The notes under the pieces were generated by a model, which had not been told where the DNA came from, searched no databases, and saw nothing but the letters and a program-made list of their open reading frames with translations. DNA of 64,000 bases. Source: a virus. A program made the position numbers and the translations under genes. Position 1 is the stretch's first letter, and each line of letters begins with the position of its first letter. Below, in pieces: positions 20,150 to 32,412 of the stretch. The stretch spans positions 1-64,000 of the IMG/VR virus record IMGVR_UViG_3300037247_001116. One strand, given 5' to 3'.

Positions 20150-22476
20150 AATTTCTCTCCCTTTATCATGGCATAATATTCTTTAAGCATATAATCCCTT
20201 AACTTGGGTGCTAATTCATAAATATGTTTTATTTTATCCTCTGCTCCTTCTAAACCATATCTATTAATCGCCTTTTGTAAGCTCTCTCTTGCCATTAATT
20301 GTATAATGTCATAAGACTTCATTTATTTTTAACCTCCAAGCAAACACCTCTTACATCTGTGATTCTGTTGGTTACTTCTCCCCCTATGAGCTTTTTAGAT
20401 TGGACTCTGGCTTTTTCACACATTTCTATGTTGTCCATTGGAACTTGAACTGTATGAGAACCCGCAAAATTAGTTGTGATTAATAAAATAAGTAAAAAAT
20501 TCATCATTGATCTCCTGTTATAAAGAATTATAAAATTTTACAGCTTCTGACAACCATATAATAACAAGCCTTTTTATTTCATAATTAAGAAAATCATCTG
20601 TTTTAATTTTATGTGTCATTATATCCCCCTTTCATGCATTCAGTATAACATATTTCTGCCTGTAATTCAAGATCGCTTGTTAAAATATCTAACATATCCT
20701 TCTCTGATTGCATCATCATTCTTTCATCTGCATTAGAAAGAAGATAATACATTTGTTTTTTAAGTTGTATTAGTGTATGTTTCATTTTAATCTTTCCATT
20801 CAAAGCCAAGCAATCTATGAAAATTACTTACTCCAAATTCTTCTATGCAATGCCAATTTATCCACGATATAAAAGTGACACACTGGCTTGGTCTTATCCA
20901 ACCTAAATATTTCATTGTATTACCCTCCTTTTTAAACATTAAAATATTCGCTTGTTGTGTTTACTAAAGTCTTTTTCCTAAATACCCTATGTACTTTCCT
21001 ACCTTCCTTATAATAGTACCCTCTGTTAAAATTTGTCTTAGTGTATTCCTTCCCTCTGTGGGTAAAATCTACCCCTATTGGAATAAATTTAAAAGCTATT
21101 TCAATCACTGTCATAATTATTTTCCTTTCTTTTCTCTATAAGCAACCCATACACCGTTTAATTTTAAATACCACTCCTTGCCCTTTATTATGTTCTTTCT
21201 TATCTCTTCTTCTGACGAACTCCATTCTACCCATTCATAATCATTGCCGACTGTAATTTTTAAAGCCTTTGTTATATCTCTTTCAAATTGTGTTTCGTCT
21301 TTCATTTTAGATTGTCCTCCCGTTTTTCCATTTTTTAGATACCCAATCATAGCGGTATTTTTCTAAAAAAGATTTAACATAGTCTGAATTTTCGGGAAAT
21401 TTAACAACGTATTCGTTCATTTCCTTCGGATTCATTAATTTATAAAGTGCTAATTCTCCCTTTCGTAACTTCGGCATAAGATATTCCTTTCTATTTAATA
21501 TATTTTATAAAAACACCCACCCACAATATAGTCCAACCCGAAACAAAGAAAATTGCTTCGCTCAGCTCGGCATTGGGGAACATCAATCCTATAACAGCCC
21601 CTACAAACAAATAACCGCCAAAGAATATCATTACATTTGCTATTGATTTTTCCATATTATCCCCTTTTCTATTTTATTTCAAAAGTTTCTGCGAAATTAA
21701 CCATTAAAAGATCGCACATATCCATTTCATCTTTAAATTCGCCTTTGTATGTTCCCGCTTTTTCTAGTCCATTATATTCTTGTTCTAATAGACCTTCAAT
21801 AAAACATTTTTCTTCATGTGTTAAATTGATTGTGTACATATTATTCTCCTTTTATTTATTATCTATTTTCCACCAACCATAAAATGTGTCCTCGTCATGA
21901 TCTACATATATTACTTGGCATAATTCGCCTTGATTACACCCCGCTTTAATCATCTTTTCGATATGTTCTATACTACATTCATCTAATACCATTCCTTCTT
22001 GATCTCTGAAAAAATACTCTATATTGTGCATTAAAATTGTCTCTGTCATTTTTATTATCTCCTTTTAAATTATTATATTCTGTGATCTGATTATATCGCC
22101 ATATTCTCTTTCCCATTCCTCAAAATTAAGAGGTATTTCATCTTCCGTACAATTATCAATATAAAAATCATAATGTTGCATGAAGTCATAGCTGTCCATT
22201 TTAAATTCCTTTTCTTGTAGGAAGGGATAAGAAAAGCATCAACTGATCTTACCCCTTCCAGTTTGTGCAGGGAGGATAAATCTATTCAAATATCTCTTTA
22301 TATGTATCTTCAATCTCTGTGTCAAGCCATTCATTATAACCTCGAACACCATATTCCAACATTTCTGATAATTGCTGTTCGCTCTGATTCCCAAGAATGA
22401 CACTAATATCATGTCCGATTAATTTGTCAATCATATCTTGTCTTTTCATGTCTCTTTTCTCCTTTTCGTTGTTCTA

Positions 22477-22545
22477 AGTATACCATAATTTTTATAAAAT
22501 TGCCACATTGTCAAGTTTTTTAAATCGTTATATTGCAATATGTTA
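22477..22545 (-). promoter_or_regulatory. Extended -10 promoter (TATGGTATACT) with upstream 25-bp dyad motif
   Basis: TGGCAA-17bp-TATACT; a further TTGACA at 22509-22514 preceded by CGATTTAAAAAAC, as at 39931-39949. Confidence 0.6.
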
Positions 22546-24191
22546 TGATATTTTTTTCAAAGCAATATTAAATAATTCCCTTTTCTTAAATCGACTTAGT
22601 GCGTCTTTTGTATTTTCGATTTCTTCCCAAACATCATAAAGCCCTTCTTCCTTTATATTGCACATCATATTGTCTAATAGCGATAACTCACAAAATTTTA
22701 ATTTCTCTTTCATTATATTAGCCTTTCACTATCCCATCAATCCACAGGTTATCATTTATACTAACCTGAATAAATTGACCTCTTAATTTTATACAATTAT
22801 TTTTTAGCCCTTCTTCAAATTCCCGATCTGTTATATCATGTATTCTATTTGTCAAAGCATCCAATATTGTCCACCTCTTTATGTCTGACGCTATTTTCTG
22901 CATTATATTAGCCCTTCCATTATATTGTTGGCTCTAAAATGTTCTACCTTCGTGCTCTATACATATTAAACATACTAATTCAGGCTTTTCATCATCAACA
23001 TATATTAATGGATTGCTCTCTATATAATAATCCAAGCCACAGTGCGTACATTTTTCAGGTTCTTCTTGATACATTCTTATAGCATTGTTTAAACTGCACA
23101 TAATAAGCCTTTCTATTTAAAAATTGTTTATATTGCTTTTTATAATTTTTAATCAAAATCCTTTGGTAACAATTCCGTCCGATCTACATATTTGTCATAT
23201 TCATTAATATCTTCAATAAAGATATTTTCATCTTCACTATTTCTGATTTTCAAATTTAAGTTTGACATATCATTCCTTTCTATTTTAAAAGTGTGTATAT
23301 TGGTTTAGATTTTAAGAACCCTTAACAAATTGTCATAATCAGGCTGTAAATATATCCGTTCTTCATTAGCTTCTTTTCGGCTATCGTATGCCTCTATTTT
23401 GCCCCTTTTATTCTTGACAGGTTTAAAATGACGTTCCCCGACTAATTCATAAACAATAAAACTTGGCTTGTCCATAGCAACCGCCTTTCTTTTTCTATCT
23501 GACTATATAATAACTTTTTTAAGAACATTAAAATATATCTTAATACCATATTTTTGTAAAATATCAAGATATTTATAAGCCGTATTTATGTTTCTTATAA
23601 TCCTTTCCATTATATAGCCCCTTTCAGCCTGTCCGCTTCCTTATTATGAAGTTTACGCCCTATGTTGATAGCCCTAAACATAAAAGGCTTACTAACATTA
23701 TAAGCCTCTGCAAAGCAATCTATTGTTAAATAGTCATTCCAATATTGCCTAAACATTTGTTTTAATTTCCAGCGTGGATATTCCATTTTTATTCCTCTTT
23801 CTTAATTGTTATATTGATGTAATAAGTATCGGCATTGATCGAAAGTCAAGTCATACTCTCTTTTAAAGCCCCTTAATGTCTCGTAAGCTTCTTTAAGTGT
23901 TTTTGACCTTCTAAGCTCTTTTAATATTTTGGAATACATAATATCATTCCTTTATTTTATAAATCTGTTTGATCTACAGAATAACCAACGGCAAGTGTGA
24001 TGTTTTTGCCATTTACATTAGCAACAATTTTTTCATCATTTACACCATGTAAATCGCTACACTCCGAGCAATCAAAACTTATATCCGCATTGTATCTTGT
24101 AAGTAATTTCTTCAAATCATTTTTAAATTGCTGTAATTTTTCTTTTGGCATTGTTATATCCTTTCAAAATTAAAAAGTATTATATCATCCT

Positions 24192-24647
24192 TTATTTAGC
24201 TGTTTCAAATACTCCTATACCGTTAGAAAATGTGCCAACTCTATTTAATATTTGTCCACCTGTGTCTTGCAAGGCTTTTTCAAGCGTTTTTCTGACCTGT
24301 TTAGCATGATGTTTTCCAAAACATTCTTTATAGCTGTCTCTATAACCATAAAATTCATCATCTTTAGCACGTACACTTAAAGAATACAATCCACAATATT
24401 CAGATATTCCAATTTCACATAATTCATTTTCCAAAAAGATTTTTACTTCCCTATCATCCCATTTATCACACTCACAATATGATTTTAATTTACTACATAT
24501 TGATGATGTTAGATTACACATAAAATCATCCCAATTTTCAGAGCTTATATAATCATCTAACATATTATCATCGTCCATATTAATCCAGTCGGCTTTAAAA
24601 TAGATTACATACTCAGCATTATTTAAATAATTTACCGATCTTCCCAT
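24192..24647 (-). CDS. Hypothetical early protein
   Basis: ORF with GGAGG RBS; acidic. Confidence 0.6.
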   Translation of the reverse strand: MGRSVNYLNNAEYVIYFKADWINMDDDNMLDDYISSENWDDFMCNLTSSICSKLKSYCECDKWDDREVKIFLENELCEIGISEYCGLYSLSVRAKDDEFYGYRDSYKECFGKHHAKQVRKTLEKALQDTGGQILNRVGTFSNGIGVFETAK

Positions 24648-27421
24648 AATTTTATCCTCCATTTTTGTTTATAGGTTATATTTATTCATCATCTAATTGG
24701 TCTATGCTTCTATATCCAGTCTTGGCATATAGAACATCATTAAGCGTTTCAACATTATATCCATTAATATTAGTTATAAGTTCCAATTCGTCCTGTGTAG
24801 CTATTTCATTTTCTAGTAAATAATCCCATATTTTCTCAATTTCTTTATCCATTTTTAAACCTCCATTTTTCTTGACTGTTTTTTATTATATTCATATTAT
24901 CACTTTTTCAAATATTGACTATTCCTACGCCTTCCAAAAGGTCATTGTCCACATTGTATTTTATTTCATTGATTGTAATATCGACCTTTTTTAGTTCCTG
25001 TAATAATGCCTTTTCATATTCCTTTATTAGCGCATAACCCCTTTGTTTTAGCTCTACCATGCTTAAATCGGTTATATCAGGAAAAGGATAATACAGGCGT
25101 ATATAGAGCTTTTTCTCGTATACAATAACTCTTATGTACTCATCAAAGGCTTTTTGTTTCCCTTTATTGTAAAGGCTCACACTATGCGATTGATCGCAAT
25201 AATGAAAGTCTTTTGTAAATGGATTGTAATTATATCTTTTTTCAGTCATAATCAATTATCCTTTGATTGTTTGTAACGCTTCAAAGTCGGACGCTACCAC
25301 GCAACAGCTACACCCATTATCAGCAATGTATAATTGCGCTTGTCCATTTTTATACTTTACATCCAGAGAGTAAAAGCCATGCGTAAATTTAATTGTACCG
25401 TATAAGCTCATTCTTGTAATTTTTGACAATGGCACATTACACTCTTTTATAACTGTTTTTAGAGCTTCACCCTGACAAAATGGTAAATCATCTGTTCTAA
25501 ACGCTTCCCATTTTACTTTTGTTATTGCTGCATTGATTTCCTTTTTTGAATAATCACTTCCAACTTTTGTATAAGTACGTTCCATGATCTTATAACCTCC
25601 AATTTAATTGGTGTATACTTCGATTAATATATAGCCTTTTTTGTTGTAGACTGTACAGCCGTTAAATTTTTTGATTATATCCTTAATTTGCTGAATGTTT
25701 TTATAACCTTTTTTGTACTTAAATTCAAGCCTTTTGTTTAAAATGGTTTTATCCCCTTTTTTATCTTCTATAATCGCCTTATTACCTTCCCTATATAATA
25801 CAGCCAATTCACCGTTATTAAAAAGCCTATCTTTAACCGTCTTTAATGCCTTTTGATTATTACATATTATTAGCTCTATGTTATCAATAAAAACCTTGTC
25901 AGAGCCTTGCCAGTAACCTTTCACGCTCGTTTGGTGCTTCACTATACTATAAATGGTATGTTTCATTTTAGCCTTTGCCTTGTATAGCTGTTAGCAATTC
26001 TTGAAACATATCAATATCTTCTAACAAATGATGTCTATAATTAATATATCTTGGCAAGTCACTTCCTTCCAAAAGATTAGCCTTTGTTTTTAAAGCGTTG
26101 ATAATTCTCCTAACTGTTTTTTCTGATAAACTGATTTGATTGATAAACATTTTTACCCCTTTATTATTCTCAGCCAAAACTCTATCCATAATCAATTCTT
26201 GAATAAGAATTTCTGCAAAAAATTCTCCATTATTAGTGAATATCACTTTATTTCCTACAATTTCCCATATCATATCATCTGATAGATTGTATTCTTTGCT
26301 GAATAATTTCATTTTATTCTCACTTCCCTATATAATCCAGGTTTAAAATTTTAGTTTGTTTCCATTCCATATGAGCTTTTAACTTTGCCCTTTTACGTGC
26401 CTTTTCAATAGCTTTTTTAATTAGTTTTACCATGATCTTATTATCCTTTACTTTCAAATACTCGTTGGTCAATTTAAAGTTTGTTTTGGTTCTTTTCATG
26501 ATTAAACCCTTTTAATATTGTATTGAGTAAAGACAATCGTTGTCACTATCAAAAGCATCTAAAAATATTTTGGTATAACCTTTTTTCTTAAAATACATAG
26601 CAATTTTCTGAGCCTCTTTTTTTGTTGTGAACTCTTCAAAGTCTCTCTGATTATCTGTATTTGTATAAATAATTTCATAACGTAACCTTTTCATGATCTT
26701 ATACCTTTCCTAGCTTGTCGATTAATCTACCCTTTGCGCTGTCTTTGCCAACTAATAAACCATATGACCCTAGATAGCCTGTAATGACCCTTGTATGCTC
26801 GACTTCACTATATAAGGGTAGTAAGTTGCGCAAATCGCTAAAAGCCTTGTCAAATTCTTTTCTTGCCTTTGTATCGGTTCTTATAGTACAAGTTGAAATA
26901 TTCATTATATTTTACCTCCCTTTAGTAGCCTAACCATTCCATAATATCACGATAGATATAATGCTGTTTAACACCAAAACAATCAAAAAACGATGTGTTT
27001 TTGACCAAAACGCCCTTATTTGCCATTGAATCGTCAGTCGGATTGGATCCGTGATACCTTAAAATTTCTATCATTCTTGCATGTGTAACTGTCATTTTTC
27101 TCATTGTCTTTGCCTCCCATTGAGGGGCTATCTAGCCCCGTAACCATGAACCTTCAATATACCCATATTGTTTCTCTAGTTTTCTCAAAAATTTCTCAAT
27201 AGATTTGTTCATATCTTCACGTTCTTTGCCTTCTGGTATATCCTCTAGATCGTATATCACGTGCATTGCCCTATTGAGTATCATTTCTTGCGCCTTTTCT
27301 TCCCGTTCTTTAAGTGTCTTTTTCATCGTTTTAGCCTCCGTGTTGTTCGTTGCGTGTCTCATACTATAGAGTACCATGTGTGCAGAGCAATGCAAGCCCT
27401 ATACAAAAATAAATTAATTCA

Positions 27422-28003
27422 TAACCCCTAGAATGACAGTGTGTTATAAATTAAAATAAATTAAATGTAAAATAATTATTGTATTAATTCCCTTTTATAG
27501 CCCTGTTTTAAAGAAAAAACGTATTTAATACTCTTTTAATGCCTCTTCCCCGCCCTAGTAAGAGAGAGTAGAAGATAATAGTAGATAATAAGAGAGGATA
27601 ATAAAAGAATTCATAAGTGCTAGAATGACAGACACTTAGAGAAAAAGAAATAAAAACAATTAAATAATAAAAAAGAATTCATAAAGTGTTGCGCCGCATA
27701 CACTTAGAAGAAAAGATGATTTAATTATCTTTGATATATTAAAAGGTCAAAATCGACACTATTAACCTTAATAGTGTAGGTGTCCATTTTTCATAAGTGT
27801 ATATATATCAACACTTAGCTATAAAGAAGGCGGGCAGGGTCAAATTTCGCACCGTTTTGACGGCGGAATTATTCACTACCACCATATTTCTTCGTTCCTT
27901 GGTTTAAAAACCTATATCAGCTCTTTTCCTCTATTTTAGCCATTTTATTAAATTCTATTCTTTTACCTCTTTTTGTCATAAGTTGTTTATTCCCAACTAT
28001 TTA
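27422..28003. repeat. Five copies of a 24-25-bp dyad motif TAA-N4-TTG-N5-CAA-N4-TTA
   Basis: Copies at 27422, 27614, 27682, 27794 (24 bp) and 27979, each preceded by TCA. Confidence 0.75.
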
Positions 28004-28380
28004 CGACTATTTTGGACTTTTATACAATGATCATCTTCCCTCTTATTTAAAGCTCTTTCTCTCATTCTTCTCTATATATGGATTACGGATAAAAGGGGTA
28101 TAATTAGGTTTTTATTAGGAATAATTACGGATCTACAAGATTTTAGGTATTTCTACAAAAAATTAACAAAAACTATACGTTTTTTGTTAAAAATAGGTCT
28201 GATCTACAATTATTGGAAGGAAGGGCTAAAGTGATCATTAATACATCATTTTTGATTAATTACCGAAACGAAATGGGGATAAAACATCATAGTTGATAGT
28301 TTATAGTAAACTAACAATAGAACACTTGTCCTATTTTATAGAACGGCATCTAAGCCGCCAAACGGCGCAAAGAAGGCGCA

Positions 28381-28443
28381 GGGCGGCGCAGGGCGGCGCA
28401 GGGCGGCGCAGGGCGGCGCTGGGCGGCGCAGGGCGGCGCTGGG
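28381..28443 (+). repeat. GC-rich tandem repeat (GGGCGGCGCW)x6
   Basis: Six 10-bp units plus a partial unit on each side, in otherwise very AT-rich DNA. Confidence 0.95.
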
Positions 28444-28675
28444 TTGATTATCGCTAAAAGATCCAAATAAGGCATAGTACGCGTTTATTAAATGATCAAT
28501 AAGCATAGTCAGGCTATGTCATTTATAGCATAGATAAACCAATAATTTATGTCAAATATAGCATAATTATTAAATTTAATAATGTCCATTAGTTGATGCA
28601 GTGTTGAGATAATACTAATAAAATTAGGAACATCTTGACATCAGATCCATGTCAGTTAATTATTTAATTTAAAAC

Positions 28676-28704
28676 TTGACACAACTAGAAAAATATGTTA
28701 TACT
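28676..28704 (+). promoter_or_regulatory. sigma70-type promoter with extended -10
   Basis: TTGACA-17bp-TATACT. Confidence 0.8.
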
Positions 28705-28867
28705 TTAGCATAAGAAGAATAATCGGTAACACACTTAGAGTATCTTTGTCTTGGGAAACATCGTCCAATAACAATAATCGGGGAGCGCGTTCCTTCATTA
28801 TTTAACCGTCTCAGTAGATTTTTATGGTTTGTAGGCTGGGTTCGGCGAGATACGAAAACCATTTAAT

Positions 28868-28896
28868 TTGACAAAAACCATTAATTATGGTATACT
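28868..28896 (+). promoter_or_regulatory. sigma70-type promoter; probably yields a leaderless mRNA for 28903
   Basis: TTGACA-17bp-TATACT; ATG begins 7 nt after the -10 with no SD. Confidence 0.8.
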
Positions 28897-28902
28897 TTAC
28901 AT

Positions 28903-29277
28903 ATGAAAAGAAAATGGATAAAACAAGGTTCTAAACGCAATTGTGGACAAATCGCTGTCGCGGTTATTACAGGAGAATCTTTAGAAAAAGTATCATATGT
29001 GATCGGTCATGATCATGGCACAAAGACAAAAGAATTAGCAAAGGCTTTAAGATTTTTTGGCTATGATTGTCCTGACAGGTTACAACGCTTAAAAGAAAGA
29101 CCGAAATTAGCAATAGCCAAACTATCAACTTATGGTAAATCTTCTTGGCATTGGGTTGTTATTGATGGTGATAAAATTTATGATGGGGTGAATGGCACAG
29201 AAAGCGGAACGGTGAATTGGACATGGAGCAATTGCAAAAGAATAACATCTTATTTACCTATTAAAAAGAGGAATTAA
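28903..29277 (+). CDS. C39-like cysteine peptidase domain protein
   Basis: Q....CG.IAVA, GT..KEL..AL, HWVVID. Confidence 0.65.
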   Translation: MKRKWIKQGSKRNCGQIAVAVITGESLEKVSYVIGHDHGTKTKELAKALRFFGYDCPDRLQRLKERPKLAIAKLSTYGKSSWHWVVIDGDKIYDGVNGTESGTVNWTWSNCKRITSYLPIKKRN

Positions 29278-29278
29278 A

Positions 29279-30511
29279 ATGAGAATTTATGAAACCACAA
29301 TCAGAAACAGTCCTATTTTATCTTGGTGTATGCATCCAGAAGAGGGCGCATTAGATCAGGCGAGAAATTTAGCATCTTTGCCTTTTATTTATCGTCATGT
29401 AGCTCTTATGCCAGACACACATCAAGGTTATGGAATGCCAATAGGAGGGGTTGTCGCGACACAGGGCGTTATTATCCCAAATGCCGTCGGCGTGGATATT
29501 GGCTGTGGCATGTGCGCTGTTAAATCGAGTTTAACCGATGTTACCACAGAACAATTGAAAAAGATTTTAGGCGGTTCTGAAGAAAACCAAGGTGGGATTA
29601 GAGGAAATATCCCTGTGGGTCGTAACCGTCACAAAAAAGATCAAGACGAATTATTAATGCCTGATAATAATAATATGGTAGATTGGTGTGAGACACACTA
29701 TTGGGATGAAAAATATAATTCTGTTGTACAAAAAGAATACAATTCTGCATTAAAACAACTCGGCACTCTTGGAGGCGGAAATCATTTTATCGAAATCCAA
29801 AAAGGAGATGATGGGTTTGTTTGGATTATGATTCATTCAGGAAGTAGAAATTTAGGTTATACAGTTGCGAAACATTATAATAAGGTAGCACAAGATTTAT
29901 GTAAACTGTGGTATTCGGATATTCCTGAATATAAAGGAGAAGATGGATTAGCCTTTTTACCTATCGGAACTGAAGAAGCCAGTAATTATATTAGAGAGAT
30001 GAATTATTGTATAGAGTTCGCTCATGCTAATAGACTTCATATGTTAGACAATGTGATACGTGCGTTTTTCAATGCTGGAATAGATTGTATTTTTGATAAA
30101 GAAATTAACATAGCCCATAACTATGCACAATTAGAAAATCATTTTGGTAAGAATGTTTGGATTCATAGAAAAGGAGCCACATCAGCCAAAGAAGGGGAAT
30201 TAGGTATTATCCCAGGATCTCAAGGAACATCATCTTATATTGTGAAAGGAAAAGGAAATAGAGATTCTTTTAATTCCTGTTCTCATGGTGCAGGAAGAAA
30301 AATGAGCCGTAAGAAAGCGCGTAATGAATTAAGTTTAGAAGATGAACAAAAAATGTTAAACGATCAAGGAATTCTTCATGCTTTAAGGGGCAAAGGCGGA
30401 TTAGATGAAGCGCCAGGAGCTTATAAGGACGTTAAAATTGTAATGGAAGAACAAAAAGATCTTGTTGAAATAGTGGTCAAATTAACCCCATTAGCTGTTG
30501 TGAAAGGATAA
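29279..30511 (+). CDS. rtcB: RtcB RNA 3'-phosphate/5'-OH ligase
   Basis: MPDTHQGYGMPIG, VGVDIGCGM, GTLGGGNHFIE, HSGSR, HNYA, HRKGAT, PGSQG, SHGAGR, DEAPGAYK. Confidence 0.97.
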   Translation: MRIYETTIRNSPILSWCMHPEEGALDQARNLASLPFIYRHVALMPDTHQGYGMPIGGVVATQGVIIPNAVGVDIGCGMCAVKSSLTDVTTEQLKKILGGSEENQGGIRGNIPVGRNRHKKDQDELLMPDNNNMVDWCETHYWDEKYNSVVQKEYNSALKQLGTLGGGNHFIEIQKGDDGFVWIMIHSGSRNLGYTVAKHYNKVAQDLCKLWYSDIPEYKGEDGLAFLPIGTEEASNYIREMNYCIEFAHANRLHMLDNVIRAFFNAGIDCIFDKEINIAHNYAQLENHFGKNVWIHRKGATSAKEGELGIIPGSQGTSSYIVKGKGNRDSFNSCSHGAGRKMSRKKARNELSLEDEQKMLNDQGILHALRGKGGLDEAPGAYKDVKIVMEEQKDLVEIVVKLTPLAVVKG

Positions 30512-31180
30512 TCATGGAAGAAATGAAATTAACAAAGAAGGCTTATTTAAGACATGAAGTAAAGAGAGCAAATGATATTGCTCGTTATGAGGAATTAAAT
30601 GCTTATTATACTTCTTATGATTATGATGGTAGAAAAGCCAAAGAGAGGCTTGAAGAACTCAAAAACAGAATCGGAATGAAAGCCGTTTAAAAAGGAGAAT
30701 AAAATTATGAGATACGGCAATAAGGTAAAAGTCATAGAAGGATTTTATAAGGGTTTAACAGGTTTGATTACATCTGAAGAAACCAGGCATCATAAACCCA
30801 CTCAATATTATTATGTAGAAATGAGCTGGGTAGAAGGTAATAATGCGTCATCGCCTTGCTCTTGGATTCGTGAAGAGTATTTAAAAAAGGTTATTTAAAA
30901 TGATCCGTGCAACACTTACTTACAAGAATGGCAATAAGGTGACTGTGATAATACCAAAGATGGTTCAATTTATTGATGTATCGCCAAATGATCTTATATC
31001 ATCTGGCGTAGAAGAGTTTGTTGATTTAACACCTGATAGTATTATTAGGAAAGGCGGATTTACTGAAGTTGAAGAATTAAAACCTCTTATAATAAGATTT
31101 GAATTATGTGGCAATATGCCTGGGTTTGGTACTAATGACAAAAATTTATATTATGAAGAAATTTGACAAAAGGAATAATT

Positions 31181-31813
31181 ATGTTACCATTTGAAAAATT
31201 TAATAAAATACCGCGTTTGAGCAGAGAAATGGTTATCACTGAAAAAATCGATGGCACTAATGCTCAGATTTATATAGTTCCTTTTAGTGAGTTAAGGGAT
31301 GAGGCAAGCAGTGGTGAAGGTTGGGAAGAACTCAAAAAACATATTTTATATGAAAGACGTGTTGACGACGAATCATGCTTTATGTTTGCTGGTTCAAGAA
31401 AAAGATGGTTAGATACCTCTTCTAAGGGCGATAATTATGGTTTTGCTAAATGGGTAGAAGCGAATGCAGAAGAACTTTTTAAATTGGGTGAGGGTAGGCA
31501 CTATGGTGAATATTACGGAAAAGGAATACAAAGAGGGTACGGATTAGATGAAAAAAGATTTGCTTTGTTTAATGTTAAGAAATGGGAAGATCCCGAAGTA
31601 AGACCAAAATGTTGTGAAGTCGTTCCTATTTTATATAGAGGAATGTTTGATACAAATATGATAAACATACAATTAAAATTGTTAAAAATTTCTGGCAGTA
31701 AAATAGCACCTAATTTTATGAATCCTGAAGGAATTGTCATTTATCACAAGGCATCAGGTAAATTATTTAAGAAAACAATAAAGAACGACGAATCACCTAA
31801 AGGAAAGGAATAA
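31181..31813 (+). CDS. Rnl2-family ATP-dependent RNA ligase (adenylyltransferase domain)
   Basis: [42 protein letters not shown]. Confidence 0.85.
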   Translation: MLPFEKFNKIPRLSREMVITEKIDGTNAQIYIVPFSELRDEASSGEGWEELKKHILYERRVDDESCFMFAGSRKRWLDTSSKGDNYGFAKWVEANAEELFKLGEGRHYGEYYGKGIQRGYGLDEKRFALFNVKKWEDPEVRPKCCEVVPILYRGMFDTNMINIQLKLLKISGSKIAPNFMNPEGIVIYHKASGKLFKKTIKNDESPKGKE

Positions 31814-31815
31814 TA

Positions 31816-32412
31816 ATGCAAGAAAAGAATTATTTAGTTCCAATGGTTATTGAGAAGACACAAAACGGAGAGAGGTCATATGATATTTATTCCAGACTTT
31901 TAAAAGACAGGATTATTTTTCTTGGCACACAGGTTAATGATGATGTTGCAAATCTTATTATTGCTCAATTACTTTTTCTACAGGGCGATGATGCCAATAA
32001 GCCAATCAGTATGTATATTAATTCACCAGGAGGGGTTATTACCGCAGGGATGGCTATTTACGACACCATGCAGTTTATTAAACCGCCTGTCAACACTTAC
32101 TGTCTTGGTCAATGTGCAAGTATGGGCGCGTTACTTTTAACTGCTGGCGCAAAAGGCGGAAGGTTTGCACTTCCTTATTCTCGCATTATGATTCACCAGC
32201 CATCAGGCGGTACAGGAGGGCAAGAAACAGACATTCAGATTCAGGCGAAGGAAATAGCTAGAATGAAAAAAGAATTAACTCAAATAATTGCAAATCGTAG
32301 CGGTCAAAAATTTGCCAAGGTAGCAAAGGATTGTGAAAGAGATTATTTTATGTCAGCACAGGAAGCAAAAGATTATGGGCTAATCGATGAAGTGCTTGGA
32401 AAAAAATTGTAA
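31816..32412 (+). CDS. clpP: ATP-dependent Clp protease proteolytic subunit
   Basis: Canonical bacterial ClpP: [52 protein letters not shown]. Confidence 0.97.
   Translation: MQEKNYLVPMVIEKTQNGERSYDIYSRLLKDRIIFLGTQVNDDVANLIIAQLLFLQGDDANKPISMYINSPGGVITAGMAIYDTMQFIKPPVNTYCLGQCASMGALLLTAGAKGGRFALPYSRIMIHQPSGGTGGQETDIQIQAKEIARMKKELTQIIANRSGQKFAKVAKDCERDYFMSAQEAKDYGLIDEVLGKKL

Larger units (their letters stand above)
20319..27326 (-). other. Dense cluster of small early/host-takeover hypothetical ORFs
   Basis: More than 20 co-oriented ORFs of about 40-150 aa with strong AGGA/GGAG RBSs directly downstream of the divergent control region. Confidence 0.7.

Noticed and set aside
27418-28003. Spaced repeats as a CRISPR array
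   Set aside because: Copies are degenerate and irregularly spaced, and there are no cas genes
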